Origin: a virus
Lineage: Duplodnaviria > Caudoviricetes
Strand: one strand, 5' to 3'
Length of the DNA stretch: 64,000 nt
Virus record (IMG/VR): IMGVR_UViG_3300028833_000066
Shown here: positions 1 to 11,270 of the stretch, one piece after another
Layout: every line of letters begins with the position of its first letter
Numbering within the stretch: the first letter of the stretch is position 1
Made by a program: the position numbers and the translations under genes
The notes under the pieces: generated by a model
Databases searched by the model: none
Seen by the model: only the letters and a program-made list of their open reading frames with translations
What the model was told of the DNA's origin: nothing

Positions 1-3000
1 CGCAAGCTCATGCTCATGAGAATAGAACGAAACTGATTCCATTTCCCAATGACTAATATTGCCTTGTGCATACTTGTCTTCTACTTCTTTATACAAAGAA
101 TCATTAAGAGCCTTTAACATTTCATCTTTATGCTCTTTCAAATATGCTCTCATTGGCTCCATCCCACGACTATACAGATTATCCCAAGTCTTTACTCCAA
201 TACTCACACCATTATCAATGTAATCTGCGGAGAAATGATTAGAGATAAAATTAATTGCACTTTCATTTAATTGATATTCAACTTTTGCTTTTTGAGACTT
301 TAAGAACTTATTAAATAAGAATAATTTCGCATAATAACTCATTTCATCTGGAATAAGTTCTTTTGTAATCAACATCTGCATATTTTGAAGCGTTAGCCGC
401 TGCTTCTTGTCAGCAATGTTTATAAGATACTTTTTCATAATTTCTTCTCTTGGAAGATTCTCCAATGTATCAAATGCTCCACACTTAATAAGGTTTATCA
501 TTTGTACCTTATTAATTTTTACCCTTGAAAGAAAATCTTCCATTGAACTATATGGACGGCCAGCCATTATATCCTTAATTGTTGATGCGGATAATCTTGT
601 AATGCCGCGTAATCCATAAAGAATAGTGTTATCCTTTACAACTGGTGTAAAAGTAAATGAAGAAGAATTGATATTTGGCGCGGCTACTTTAATACCATAG
701 TTTCCAAATTTACCAATAGCTGCCGCGACCTTACCATAATCAACTGTTTTTGTTTTTTCTTTTTTCTTTTCTTCTTTTACATCTTCATCAATATCGTTTT
801 CTTCTTCCCATTCTTCAAGATCTTCTTCATCTTCATCTTCATCTTTTTCATTTTCAACAATTAATGAAGCTTCTCCATCTTCATCATATTCAATTTCTGC
901 AGTTCCGCCGCTATCAACAATTAAATTTGCGGTATTCCAGAAAATTATTGGATATTCATATGCTAGATTCATTTCTTGTAAGGCAACCATTGAATATGAA
1001 AATGTATGCGCCGCATTGAACCCATATCCGCGGCTCAACGCGATTTCTACCTTCCATACGTAATTACAAAACTTTTCACTTAAATGCTGCTCTTTAACTC
1101 GTTCAAAAAACTTTACTTCAAGTTCTTCATATTCTTTTGGATTCTTTTTGGCAATTGATTTTCTCAATTTATCAGCGAACTGTAAGTCCCAGCCGCCGCA
1201 TTCTGGCAATTGGACCAGTTGCATAAACTGTTCCTGTGTAATAGATAAACCATTTGAAATGTCTAGTTCTCTATGAAGAATTGCTCGTTCTTCATCAGTT
1301 AAACCATACATCTTCATTTCTCTATCCCATGCATCAGGAATATTCCTGAAACGAGTATATTTATCTAGCGGGGACTCAGCTCCTTTTTCAGTTGCCATTA
1401 GACGAATAACTGAATTTAAGATAGCTAATTCATCAACTGTTCTTGGATGAGTAAGAGCAATACCACGAACACCGCTTTGCTGTTCCATCTGGAACAATGA
1501 TACAATTTCGTGATTCTGAACCATGTCCCACATCTTATTATCAGTTCGTTCAATTTTATACACATTAAGTGCATTCATGTATGTTTCGCGCAAGTTCCTA
1601 CCGGCTGGTATATATCCTTGTTCTACTAGCAAATCCAAACAAGTATGAATTTTATCCGCTGCTTCAACTGAAAGCAAGTCCATTTTAATCTCACTAACTG
1701 CTTCCAAATTATGAAGCTCAAACTGTGTAATAACAGTTCCGTCAGGCGCTCTCATTAATGCACTAGCTTCTGTAAAGTCTTTATCTTTAAATACTACTCC
1801 ACCAGCGTGAATGCCGACACCACAAATTAATCCTTCAATTTTACTAGCAACTTCCCACCATCTATCATACTTATTAATTTCATTAATAAATGTCTGATTT
1901 GGTTCAATTCCATTTTCTGGATCTCCATAATACATTTGAGATAATGTATAAGTTGCTCCACGTTCTGCACTAATAAGATTTGATACATATTGTGCTTCAT
2001 CGACATCAATACCTAAGCCACGTGCCGCAGTTTGAACAGCCGACTTAGATTTTTCAACTCTAAATGTCGCTACATTTGATACACGATTGGCACCATATAC
2101 TTTTCTTAAATGTGCTAATACCTGCCCACGTTTTGAACCCTCAATGTCTACATCAATATCAAGGACAGATACACGAGCTGGATTCAAGAACCTCCAAGGA
2201 TAAGTTTTCGTATTCTCTCTTAAACAATTAATTTGAATAATGTCTAATGCATATAGAAGAACAAATCCCATACCTGAGCCTCGGGCTGGAAGAACAATAC
2301 TTCCTGCATTCCAGCATTCATCTATAATCTTTTGAAGGTTCAAAAAGTATGCTGACCATCTAGCATTATTTACTTCACTAGATTCCCAAGTCATTTCAAG
2401 GCATTCATTTAAAGCATTATAAGCTTGTTCATTTTGTAAATCTTCATGCTTATGAATGCCTTCAATTAGAGCAATCACTAATTGATTATCAGCATAATGC
2501 GGAGATTTGACGAACTTTTCCAATGCTGGCATTAATCTCGTAAATGCAAATACTTCATCAGGTTGCCGCTGTGCAAATTTTCTCCAAGGAAGTTGAGGAA
2601 TCTCTAGCGGCCGCAAGATACTAAAATCTTCACATTCATCTTTAATATGACGAATCCAATAATATGCCGTTTCAATTTCTTCTGCACTTAAATATGGGAA
2701 GAAACTTCTAATTTCTTCATCCTTCATCATATAAGTGGTCGCATAGAAACTTCTTACCTCACGTTCGCCTTCCTGCGCATTAAGAAAAGCTTCGTGGATT
2801 GGAGCATCCTCTGGCCTACCATAATGACTATCTGTTGTAATAATATATGGAAGATTTAATTCTTCAGCAATTTTGAGAAGATGTTTATTAACAAAGATTT
2901 GTTCTTTGTTATTGGAAGGTTGCATTTCAAGATAGAAATTACCATGCCCAAAAATATCTTCAATATATAAACACCAACGTTTAGCTGTATTATAAAACTC

Positions 3001-3522
3001 TTCATCGCCAGTATCCATATATTGAAGTAGAAATCTATCAAGTTGAGAACCAAGACAGGCACTTGATGCAATTAAATGCCCTTGATTCGGCTTTACGATT
3101 TCTTTTAAATCTTGATAATAAGTTGGCCGTCTGCGAAGTCTGCGGCTCATATATGAACGCATCCATGCACGAGTTGATAGTTCGCAGATTTGATGATAAC
3201 CAACTAAATCTTTACAAAGAAGAATAAAGTGAAAATATCTATCTTTTGTTCTATCAAAATTCTTCGCATTTAAACCATTTCGTGTAAGATAAATCTCATT
3301 GCCGCGAATAAGTTTAAAATCTGGATGCTTTTCTTTAATTTTCTTATAATATTGTTCAGCTTTAATATAACTAGAAATAGTTTCATGGTCTGTAATTGCC
3401 ACACCTTCATGACCTAATTCTACCGCTAAGTCCATAAGACTTTGAACAGTATTAATACAATCACGTAAAGTTTCATTACTATAATCAGTATGATTATGCA
3501 AGCTCATAGGATATAAACTCAC
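1..3522 (-). CDS. dnaE: DNA polymerase III alpha subunit, 3' end runs off the window
   Basis: Manual translation from GTG at 3522 after AGGAGG: MSLYPMSLHNHTDYS (PHP domain), ARGSG, VLDIDVD, GIHAGGV, KMDLL, GYGFNAAH, SFYSHEHELA. Absent from the ORF track because it has no stop in the window. Confidence 0.95.
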   Translation of the reverse strand, partial: MSLYPMSLHNHTDYSNETLRDCINTVQSLMDLAVELGHEGVAITDHETISSYIKAEQYYKKIKEKHPDFKLIRGNEIYLTRNGLNAKNFDRTKDRYFHFILLCKDLVGYHQICELSTRAWMRSYMSRRLRRRPTYYQDLKEIVKPNQGHLIASSACLGSQLDRFLLQYMDTGDEEFYNTAKRWCLYIEDIFGHGNFYLEMQPSNNKEQIFVNKHLLKIAEELNLPYIITTDSHYGRPEDAPIHEAFLNAQEGEREVRSFYATTYMMKDEEIRSFFPYLSAEEIETAYYWIRHIKDECEDFSILRPLEIPQLPWRKFAQRQPDEVFAFTRLMPALEKFVKSPHYADNQLVIALIEGIHKHEDLQNEQAYNALNECLEMTWESSEVNNARWSAYFLNLQKIIDECWNAGSIVLPARGSGMGFVLLYALDIIQINCLRENTKTYPWRFLNPARVSVLDIDVDIEGSKRGQVLAHLRKVYGANRVSNVATFRVEKSKSAVQTAARGLGIDVDEAQYVSNLISAERGATYTLSQMYYGDPENGIEPNQTFINEINKYDRWWEVASKIEGLICGVGIHAGGVVFKDKDFTEASALMRAPDGTVITQFELHNLEAVSEIKMDLLSVEAADKIHTCLDLLVEQGYIPAGRNLRETYMNALNVYKIERTDNKMWDMVQNHEIVSLFQMEQQSGVRGIALTHPRTVDELAILNSVIRLMATEKGAESPLDKYTRFRNIPDAWDREMKMYGLTDEERAILHRELDISNGLSITQEQFMQLVQLPECGGWDLQFADKLRKSIAKKNPKEYEELEVKFFERVKEQHLSEKFCNYVWKVEIALSRGYGFNAAHTFSYSMVALQEMNLAYEYPIIFWNTANLIVDSGGTAEIEYDEDGEASLIVENEKDEDEDEEDLEEWEEENDIDEDVKEEKKKEKTKTVDYGKVAAAIGKFGNYGIKVAAPNINSSSFTFTPVVKDNTILYGLRGITRLSASTIKDIMAGRPYSSMEDFLSRVKINKVQMINLIKCGAFDTLENLPREEIMKKYLINIADKKQRLTLQNMQMLITKELIPDEMSYYAKLFLFNKFLKSQKAKVEYQLNESAINFISNHFSADYIDNGVSIGVKTWDNLYSRGMEPMRAYLKEHKDEMLKALNDSLYKEVEDKYAQGNISHWEMESVSFYSHEHELA

Positions 3523-3546
3523 TTTACCACTCCTCCTTCTAATTAT

Positions 3547-3575
3547 ATTATAATATAATTTTTATTTTTTGTCAA
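3547..3575 (-). promoter_or_regulatory. Sigma-A-type promoter, representative of more than 20 similar ones
   Basis: TTGACA-17 nt-TATAAT. Similar near 8720, 10745, 12215, 15120, 19350, 22760, 27090, 35515, 38430, 44230, 45770, 49375, 50520, 54770 and 55675. Confidence 0.8.
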
Positions 3576-3652
3576 TATTATTTGCCTCGATGTATAAATA
3601 CAGCTTTAGTATGATGAAAAATAAACTTAAATCTAATATTAATATAACATCA

Positions 3653-5437
3653 TCAAAAGTCATATTTATGCTCATCATCCTTTAATTCATAATCATCAAT
3701 GAATAATTGAACTGTAGTGCGGCCGCCCCAACTATTAAGATTAGCACGGCCATATGCTGTAAGTAGTTTAGTTTTATCTTCTAATACTTCCATAGCAAAG
3801 TCCGGATCTTTAAAACGCACATAATCAATTCCATTGTATGAAATCTTTACGCTATCTTTATTAGCACCCATTAGGAATACTGATGAAATCGGAATATTTT
3901 CTACCACAAACTTAATCTCATCAATATGGTTTCCAAAGAACTCAGGGTGCGAGGCTAATGTAGCCATTAAATCAACATTATTATCATTAGCATTTAAAAT
4001 ATAATCAACTACATAGCAATTTTCAAAGTCCTCAGCTTTTAATGTAGAATTAGCATATTGAACTAATTGATCAATTTTATTACCGCTAATGCCAAAGCCA
4101 CAAGCATTATCATGGCCGGCCGCGTAATCAATTAGGCTGCTCTGTTCTAGGAATGCCTTAAAACTTGGTAAACCATTAAAATTGCTATCGCTTCTAATGC
4201 TTCCCTGGACTTTATTTAATTCATTGCGACGACCAATCATACAAGGTTTGTGATACTTAGATACAATTGCCATCGCAATTAAACCAGTTAGTTCTTGCGG
4301 AATGTTATCTTCTTCATCAACTTCCACGATAATAATGTTATTAGAAAGTAAATCATTCTTTTGAATCTTAAAATCAATTAACTCAATTGCTTTCTCCTTT
4401 AACTTATCTTGCCGTGACTTAGCGTTTTTTCCAACGCGGGCGGTCTGTTCTGCGGCTGTCTCAATTTCACCAGCCTTCGCACCACGTTTTGTACTCTGGC
4501 AGGGCCTATCTGGCTCAATAAAACAATAGAACATTGTTTCTTTTTCTGTCATACTGCCTACGCGAGTAATAGCGTTAATTAGTGGAGCAATATAGAAAGC
4601 AATATCAATAGGAGTTAAGCCTACATATGGATATACTGCTTTATCTTTTAATGAGAACGACTGTGATTCTACTAATGTGCTAATACCCTTGTTTTTAATA
4701 TTAGCTAAACCAGTAAGCATTAGATAATTAGTTTCTACATTAGTTCTATCCATTACATCCGCAATTTCGCCAAGTGCTACTAAATCCAAATAATTAGTAG
4801 CTAGCGGTTCTACCAATTCTAATGTATCATCTAATACTTCACAGAATTTATATACAACACCAGCTCCGCATAATGATTTATTCTTATACCTAGGAGATAA
4901 CTGATTATTAATTATAATTGTATTCGGCTCATTGCTGATAATAGGTTCGCCGTTATCATTATAAAGTTGTTCGTGATGGTCTAACACAAGACAATCCATA
5001 TTTAGTTCTTTTAAACGACGATGTTCTTCCACATCATAGCTCGCTGAATCAGGGCAAATAACTAAATCATAAATAGGATTAATTTCAATCTTATCAATTA
5101 CATCACTTAAACCGTGTTGTTTATGTTCATGAATCATAAAGCTAAGTTTAGCATCTGGAAAAACTTTCTTAATATAGAGCCATAAAATGCTAGAACTCGT
5201 AAAACCATCAGCGTCTTGATCTACAATGAAGAGAATATTATGATATGCTAGCAGATGCTTTAATAACATATCGGCACCTGCTTCAATATTTTCTAAATCA
5301 TATGGGTTTAATTCACAGGAAAAAGTTGGTGCCACAAAGTTATCAATATCCTCTACTCCTCTATTACGAAGAATTTCTTCTAGGGCATGATTTGGGTCTG
5401 TTGTAAAATGATTTCTTAACTTATATCTCATACGCAT
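3653..5437 (-). CDS. recJ: RecJ-like DHH ssDNA exonuclease
   Basis: DQDADG, LDHH, LCGAGV, GSIRS and AGHDNACG motifs. Confidence 0.9.
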   Translation of the reverse strand: MRMRYKLRNHFTTDPNHALEEILRNRGVEDIDNFVAPTFSCELNPYDLENIEAGADMLLKHLLAYHNILFIVDQDADGFTSSSILWLYIKKVFPDAKLSFMIHEHKQHGLSDVIDKIEINPIYDLVICPDSASYDVEEHRRLKELNMDCLVLDHHEQLYNDNGEPIISNEPNTIIINNQLSPRYKNKSLCGAGVVYKFCEVLDDTLELVEPLATNYLDLVALGEIADVMDRTNVETNYLMLTGLANIKNKGISTLVESQSFSLKDKAVYPYVGLTPIDIAFYIAPLINAITRVGSMTEKETMFYCFIEPDRPCQSTKRGAKAGEIETAAEQTARVGKNAKSRQDKLKEKAIELIDFKIQKNDLLSNNIIIVEVDEEDNIPQELTGLIAMAIVSKYHKPCMIGRRNELNKVQGSIRSDSNFNGLPSFKAFLEQSSLIDYAAGHDNACGFGISGNKIDQLVQYANSTLKAEDFENCYVVDYILNANDNNVDLMATLASHPEFFGNHIDEIKFVVENIPISSVFLMGANKDSVKISYNGIDYVRFKDPDFAMEVLEDKTKLLTAYGRANLNSWGGRTTVQLFIDDYELKDDEHKYDF

Positions 5438-6564
5438 TACCTTACCTTTACTCTATTCTTTAATAAATATTCATATATATCTCGGCCCTTATCAAACGGA
5501 GAATCTTTCTCCTCTAATAAATTTTCATAATCCCATATATATGAAAATGATGCTTGCGTGTTATATTTCTTACAAATTTCTTCTAACTTGCGGCGATAAG
5601 CCTTACCTTTTTCATCATAGCTTTCTGTATATTCTTTATCAAGAGCGATAATAATTTCATTTACTCCTAATTGATTTGTTAATAAACTAATATGATATTT
5701 ATTTATATTGGAGCCACAACACGCAACACAATTGCTCCATTCACCATAATAACCATCATCTAATAATACAGATTTTTCTGCTTCCGCAATGACGGCTACT
5801 CGCCGCTTCTTTATCGCTTCTTTATGTTCATAAATACCATATAAGTTAAATTGAAGCTGATGAGAGTACATTGTTTTACCAATTTGAACTGGACGATATT
5901 TACCATAATTATCTATTTCAGCTTGTTCTAGAGCTCGGCCGCGAATACCAATTAATCGTCCATTTATATCATAATGGGGGATAATAATTTTATTTTGTCC
6001 AATTGAGAAACGAATATTGAACTTATCCATAGCTTGCGGCAAAATACCATCTGCCAGCCAGCTGGGATGATAATACTTTGTAAAATAATTAATTGTTTCC
6101 GCTGGATACTCTGGCAGCTCTGGAATATTATTTGTATATTTATATTTATCTAAATCTAATGTATATTCGCTTTCATCATAATCAATATGGACTATATCAT
6201 GTTTAATACACGATAATACATATTCTTTTGCCTCTATATCATTTACTTCTCTATTAAAGTTCAACGCACAGAACTTTTGATAGAGCCTAAAGATGGACAT
6301 TGCTTCATTACACTCAGTATAACATCTAAAAATCTTATGATCGTGATACCAATACAACTTCATACTTGCGGTTTCGTGTAATGGATTATGACAAATAGTT
6401 GGACAAATAATATATTCACGTTCTTGATTAACAACAATTTGATCTACACCTAGACTTGTTAAAAAATACTCTACATCTTTTAATGTAAGAGAATTAATAA
6501 TATCATATGTAGTTAGATTTATTTTATCTAATTCTGTATCCAAATTGCGTAATGTTGTAATCAT
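5437..6564 (-). CDS. DNA primase (Zn finger plus TOPRIM)
   Basis: CPTICHN...CYTEC zinc finger, IIIPHYD..GRLIGIRGR, EAEKSV, IALDKE; adjacent to helicase. Confidence 0.85.
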   Translation of the reverse strand: MITTLRNLDTELDKINLTTYDIINSLTLKDVEYFLTSLGVDQIVVNQEREYIICPTICHNPLHETASMKLYWYHDHKIFRCYTECNEAMSIFRLYQKFCALNFNREVNDIEAKEYVLSCIKHDIVHIDYDESEYTLDLDKYKYTNNIPELPEYPAETINYFTKYYHPSWLADGILPQAMDKFNIRFSIGQNKIIIPHYDINGRLIGIRGRALEQAEIDNYGKYRPVQIGKTMYSHQLQFNLYGIYEHKEAIKKRRVAVIAEAEKSVLLDDGYYGEWSNCVACCGSNINKYHISLLTNQLGVNEIIIALDKEYTESYDEKGKAYRRKLEEICKKYNTQASFSYIWDYENLLEEKDSPFDKGRDIYEYLLKNRVKVR

Positions 6565-8163
6565 TTATTTTCCCCGCCAATCTTCTACTTTAATAAATTT
6601 ACAATCTTCAAATATATCAATTACGTTCATTAACGGCTGATTATCTGCGGTTGTAATAAATAAATCTTTTCTTTGTCCAGTTCCCAAATTAAGATTAATC
6701 CAAATACGAACATTCTTATAACGGCCACGTCGCATTTTATAAATATCAAGAATATGAGTTGGCTGTTGAGTTTCATCATCTATATATTCTGCTGGAATAA
6801 GTCCTTGACGTGCAGCAACTTTTAAAGTTGGAACTAAACTATTCCAAGTTTTTGGGCCGATTTTAGTCATTACATATCCCATATCTGCCTTATCAACAAT
6901 AGCTTTGGATGCACGAATACTCATTTCGTTTTTAAAACTACCATCATCATCCATCGCATTCATGTTTACCTGAGTTGCAGAAAAAATAAAAAGATGATAA
7001 TCCTTTGCAAGTTGTTTTAATTCATTTGCTAATAGCATTAGTACCACGTCTTCTCTTAAATTATTATGTGCGAATTGACTAATCATACTTGCAGTAGAAT
7101 GAATATAATCAAAGAATACATATTTTACATGTTCCAGCGTTGCATATTTTTTAATTGTTGCTTGCACATTAACCAAGTTTGGTTCACTTATCTCTTCAAT
7201 GATAAAATATTCACGATACTTATTAATAATTTTTGCCGCGTATCGTACTCTTCTTTCTTCATCCCATTCATATCTACCAGTGAGAATATGATCTTCATTT
7301 ACGCCAGATAAATATGCCAACATAATTGTTTGAAGTTCTTCCTTATCCATCTCGGTTACGATGAATAATGTCTTTCGCGGCTGTCTAAACTCGCCATTAT
7401 AATCTACTTCTTCAACAAAACATTCATCTTCAACAGACCATCGTTCTGGAAATGCGATATGACATGCATCAAATACTGATGTTCTCGTTTTACCAGAACC
7501 ACTTGAACTTGACTTCAAATAAAAGCATCCTTCACGAGCTCCGCGGCAAACAGTACTAAAAATTGAACCCTCCAAACTGGGTCCAATACTGGGACTTGTT
7601 TTTAATTCATCAATTAATTCTGCCAATCCTTCTGCTGGGTCTCCTTTTAAATGCCCGCCATTAAGATAATCATTCCTAATGACATTATATTTACTTTCAA
7701 TTGTGTTTAAAATATCTTCCAAACTTGATTCATCAAAATGCTGCTGAACTTCAATTTCTTGAATAGGATTTTGTATATCCTTATCCTCTAAATAATACTC
7801 ACTAATATCATATTTTTCTTCACGAAGCCGCCGCAATAATGAATATTTTTTTAGATTATTATATGATGATTGAAAATTACCAGGCTGAGCATTTTCATAA
7901 CTCTCTTTAAGGAACTCTAATCCATGCTCTTTCTGATATGTAATATAACTTGCGCTATGCTTCTCCATTTCCATATCTACATCCATTGGAGTAAGCACTT
8001 GTGCGCCAGACTCATACAATAACTTAATAATCGCAAAACTGTATCTTGCGCATTTCACATCAAAATCTCGTGCATTAATATCAGTATATTCTAATAGTAG
8101 AGATGGATTTAGCATCAAACAGCCTATTACATTTTGATATGCTCTTTTATCTGATAAAACCAA
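6565..8163 (-). CDS. DnaB-like replicative helicase
   Basis: SGSGKT Walker A, VTEM, FFDYI, SATQVN, YKMRRG. Confidence 0.88.
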   Translation of the reverse strand: MVLSDKRAYQNVIGCLMLNPSLLLEYTDINARDFDVKCARYSFAIIKLLYESGAQVLTPMDVDMEMEKHSASYITYQKEHGLEFLKESYENAQPGNFQSSYNNLKKYSLLRRLREEKYDISEYYLEDKDIQNPIQEIEVQQHFDESSLEDILNTIESKYNVIRNDYLNGGHLKGDPAEGLAELIDELKTSPSIGPSLEGSIFSTVCRGAREGCFYLKSSSSGSGKTRTSVFDACHIAFPERWSVEDECFVEEVDYNGEFRQPRKTLFIVTEMDKEELQTIMLAYLSGVNEDHILTGRYEWDEERRVRYAAKIINKYREYFIIEEISEPNLVNVQATIKKYATLEHVKYVFFDYIHSTASMISQFAHNNLREDVVLMLLANELKQLAKDYHLFIFSATQVNMNAMDDDGSFKNEMSIRASKAIVDKADMGYVMTKIGPKTWNSLVPTLKVAARQGLIPAEYIDDETQQPTHILDIYKMRRGRYKNVRIWINLNLGTGQRKDLFITTADNQPLMNVIDIFEDCKFIKVEDWRGK

Positions 8164-8176
8164 TTATACCACCGCC

Positions 8177-8665
8177 TTAATCTTCTAGCCATTCATCAAG
8201 ATTAATAGCGTTTTTATTTTCTTTTTTATTTTCTTTTATCGGCACTACATATTTTTGAATTTTTTGGCTCATAGCATCAATAATCTTTTGTGCATTATAT
8301 TCTTCCGCTGATTTATATCTTTTCATTTTTTCTACTGTCATTGGATTTACTAAACAAAGAGATTCTGCTATTTTCTTTTTATGCTCTACATTATAAATAT
8401 AATCTAAACAATCTACAATTATATCATCTGTGTATCCATATTTTTCTTGTAGCCGCTTACGTTCAGTCCAAATGCGCGGTCCTGGTGCTTTTAATCCAAA
8501 AATATTACATACTTTATAACTAAAACGTTCTCGTGCTTGCTTTTCAGCTAAACATTTTGGACAATAATTATAGCCAGTATTTGCAGTTGGAGAGGCATAA
8601 TACACCAACTCTTCGTTTCTAAACTCTTGCTTACACCCGAAGCATTTCTTTGTAAGTTTTGCCAT
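8177..8665 (-). CDS. Zn-finger replication-associated hypothetical protein
   Basis: CxxC...CxxC N-terminus; directly upstream of helicase. Confidence 0.6.
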   Translation of the reverse strand: MAKLTKKCFGCKQEFRNEELVYYASPTANTGYNYCPKCLAEKQARERFSYKVCNIFGLKAPGPRIWTERKRLQEKYGYTDDIIVDCLDYIYNVEHKKKIAESLCLVNPMTVEKMKRYKSAEEYNAQKIIDAMSQKIQKYVVPIKENKKENKNAINLDEWLED

Positions 8666-8724
8666 ATAAACATCTCCTTCTAATAGTCTATAATTATTAT
8701 ATCATAATTTTGAAAAATTGTCAA

Positions 8725-8747
8725 ATAAAAAGGCCCTTACGGGCCTA
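8725..8747 (-). terminator. Intrinsic terminator after AAA gene
   Basis: AGGCCC-GTAA-GGGCCT then TTTT. Confidence 0.7.
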
Positions 8748-8751
8748 GTTT

Positions 8752-9747
8752 TTATAACAAGTCTTTCATTTCTGAGATGAAGAGTTCTAACAAGTCTGCT
8801 TGTGAAGGCACTGCCTGACTTAACTTGAAGTCTTCTGTACCGAACACTTTGCGAATAATATCACGCATAATATTAAGATGCTGATCTTTTTCTTCATCAG
8901 TAGTAGTATTATTAAGATATGTCATCCAAATATTTTTAGCTTCATCCATAATTTCTGGGAAGGGACGGTCTTTAATCTGAGCAATTTCTGTATGGTCTGT
9001 TACCTGTGCTCCATCACGCTCAACTGCCATATCAATGGCATTGCCAATTGCATCTACGAGTTCTTGATAACCAAACTTTATTTTTGGTGCAAGATACTGA
9101 TAACGGCTACCAGCAAATACTGTAGGAGTTGAACGTGTATATAGGAATCGTTCAGAAGTACCATCGTTATTCATTTGAACCTGAAGATAACCAATAATAT
9201 CAACGATAGAGTTGATAATTGTATAACACTGATTGGGAAGATCAGGTGCGACCGCGGTAATGGTATTACCATCTTCATCTTGCATTTCTGTAGGCTTTTC
9301 TTTACTATGAGCGATAAAGAGGATACCAAATCCAAGAAGAGTAATTTCACGCCAACACTCAGCAAACTCATTACGAAGCATACCCCAACCTTGTCCCCAA
9401 GGTATTTCACGGATACTTTCGACGCCCTCTCGCTGGCAAACATACTTTTCACATAGCTGCCAAGCAATAGAGGCAGTATCAACTACAATTGTATCATACA
9501 TTTCACGAGCCTGCGGCTTACGTAACTGGGAAAGAACCTTCTTAAAATCTGACCACCGCAAGATCGGCACACTACGGATACCAGCTAATGCATTAGTGCC
9601 TTGTTCAAAATTTAGGAACAGCCCACGCGGCAATTGACTACCAAATGTAGACTTACCAGTTTTAGGCTGGCCATAAATGAGAATATATTTACCCTTTAAG
9701 TCACGAGAAATCTTAGATGGTTCAAGAGAAAAAATATCTAAATCCAT
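8752..9747 (-). CDS. AAA NTPase (AAA_24/Sak4-like recombination protein)
   Basis: YGQPKTGKST, IVVDT, FIAHS; next to SSB-like gene. Confidence 0.8.
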   Translation of the reverse strand: MDLDIFSLEPSKISRDLKGKYILIYGQPKTGKSTFGSQLPRGLFLNFEQGTNALAGIRSVPILRWSDFKKVLSQLRKPQAREMYDTIVVDTASIAWQLCEKYVCQREGVESIREIPWGQGWGMLRNEFAECWREITLLGFGILFIAHSKEKPTEMQDEDGNTITAVAPDLPNQCYTIINSIVDIIGYLQVQMNNDGTSERFLYTRSTPTVFAGSRYQYLAPKIKFGYQELVDAIGNAIDMAVERDGAQVTDHTEIAQIKDRPFPEIMDEAKNIWMTYLNNTTTDEEKDQHLNIMRDIIRKVFGTEDFKLSQAVPSQADLLELFISEMKDLL

Positions 9748-9781
9748 AAATCATCACACTCCTCTTAAAGTATAGTTAGGA

Positions 9782-10672
9782 TTACTCCCAACTATACTTA
9801 GAAGCGGATGCTGTGGTTGCCGCAGGCTTAGTCTGAGTTGCCTCAGTCTGCATCTGCTCAATTAGAGCCTTACGCACATTGAATGCCTTCTTAATATCAG
9901 TAGGATCATATGCGAACTCTTCCTCATGTCCCTCATCGTCACCCTTGGTGATAATAAGCTCACGGACAAAACGAGTAGTAGTCTCGGGAATATCCTCACC
10001 CCAAGAACTAGTCTTACCGCTGGACTTCTCTTCCTGAGAAGTTACACGAATGCGACCAACGGTGCCAATCGTATCATTGACGTTCCAATTACGGCTAATA
10101 AATTCAACCGCTTCGGGCTGCTCTACAATAAATTCAAGGACATCAAGCTTGCCGCCATACTGAACAATGCCACCCTTAATTACAAGACGACCGGTAGGAT
10201 CGCCTTCACGATCAACCTCATCGTGCATATCCATAATGAAAAGTTCTTCCTGGAAAGTTGCAACATCACTTGCATTAGTAGTTCCAATGAAAGAAGTATT
10301 AATCTGCCAACCATTAATTAGCTGGCCGCTCTTAGATACGAAGTTGTTCTCACGAAGGGTTGCGCCACTTACACGGACTGTATCAGCCTCATCAATGCCT
10401 ACATTCTGCGCGGTCTTCATCTTCTTAAGATTCTGAATCTGCTCATACGCAGGATTTACCTTATTAGTCTTTGTATACTGAGTCGCAAACATACTTAGCG
10501 GAATTTCGCTAATCTCTTCACGTCCACCAAAAGTCTGATTTACACGAACAGTTAGAGATGCACGCTCATACTTGCGACCATCACTAAGAGTTCCGCTACC
10601 TAGCGTAACGTCCATTAGCTTACCGACGATATTTACCTTGTTATTAGCTTCTGTCATAATATTTTTACTCAT
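9782..10672 (-). CDS. Single-stranded DNA-binding protein, putative tandem OB-fold
   Basis: NKVNIVGKL N-terminus, acidic C-terminal region, position in replication operon. Confidence 0.65.
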   Translation of the reverse strand: MSKNIMTEANNKVNIVGKLMDVTLGSGTLSDGRKYERASLTVRVNQTFGGREEISEIPLSMFATQYTKTNKVNPAYEQIQNLKKMKTAQNVGIDEADTVRVSGATLRENNFVSKSGQLINGWQINTSFIGTTNASDVATFQEELFIMDMHDEVDREGDPTGRLVIKGGIVQYGGKLDVLEFIVEQPEAVEFISRNWNVNDTIGTVGRIRVTSQEEKSSGKTSSWGEDIPETTTRFVRELIITKGDDEGHEEEFAYDPTDIKKAFNVRKALIEQMQTEATQTKPAATTASASKYSWE

Positions 10673-10798
10673 AAACTTTTACCTCTTTCTTTTTAATGTG
10701 TATTTTTTCTTTACAATTTTATTATATTATAAATTTGACAAAAAGTCAAGATATAAAAACGACGGTTCCAATTTAGGAACCGCCGCTTTATTTCAAAA

Positions 10799-11173
10799 TT
10801 ACTCGCCAGCGGCTTCCTTTGCGGCCGTAGCAGCAGCACGAGCAGCAGCACGTTCAGCCTTTGCGGCTTCCTTAGCGGCTAGCTTTTCAGCCTCAGCAGC
10901 AACAGGATCATAAGCTAGACCAGCTTCAGTTAGCGTATGATACTTTACAACCTTGGTTACGGCCTTACGAGTCTCAGTAGCAGGGGTTACCTCAACGGTT
11001 TCCTCACGGGTATTCTCAGCTAGCTTATTCTTAACTAGAGCATTCATAGTGCCGGTTACGGCGGGGATAGAAATGCCTAGAGCCTCAGCAATTTCAGCCT
11101 TGCTAAATTCCTTACCATAATTCTTCTTCAAAAAATTCAATACTAACTCACTATTTGCGGTCATAATTATCAA
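10799..11173 (-). CDS. Winged-helix DNA-binding protein with Ala/Lys-rich tail
   Basis: SKAEIAEALGISIPAVTGTMNALVK helix-turn-helix; LTEAG wing. Confidence 0.7.
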   Translation of the reverse strand: MIIMTANSELVLNFLKKNYGKEFSKAEIAEALGISIPAVTGTMNALVKNKLAENTREETVEVTPATETRKAVTKVVKYHTLTEAGLAYDPVAAEAEKLAAKEAAKAERAAARAAATAAKEAAGE

Positions 11174-11270
11174 TCTCCTTTTATTTATATATATTATATA
11201 ATTTATAAGCGGTAAGGTTTTTCTCCTTTTCCTCTTTATATATTTATTATATCAAAATTTTTTATTTTTG

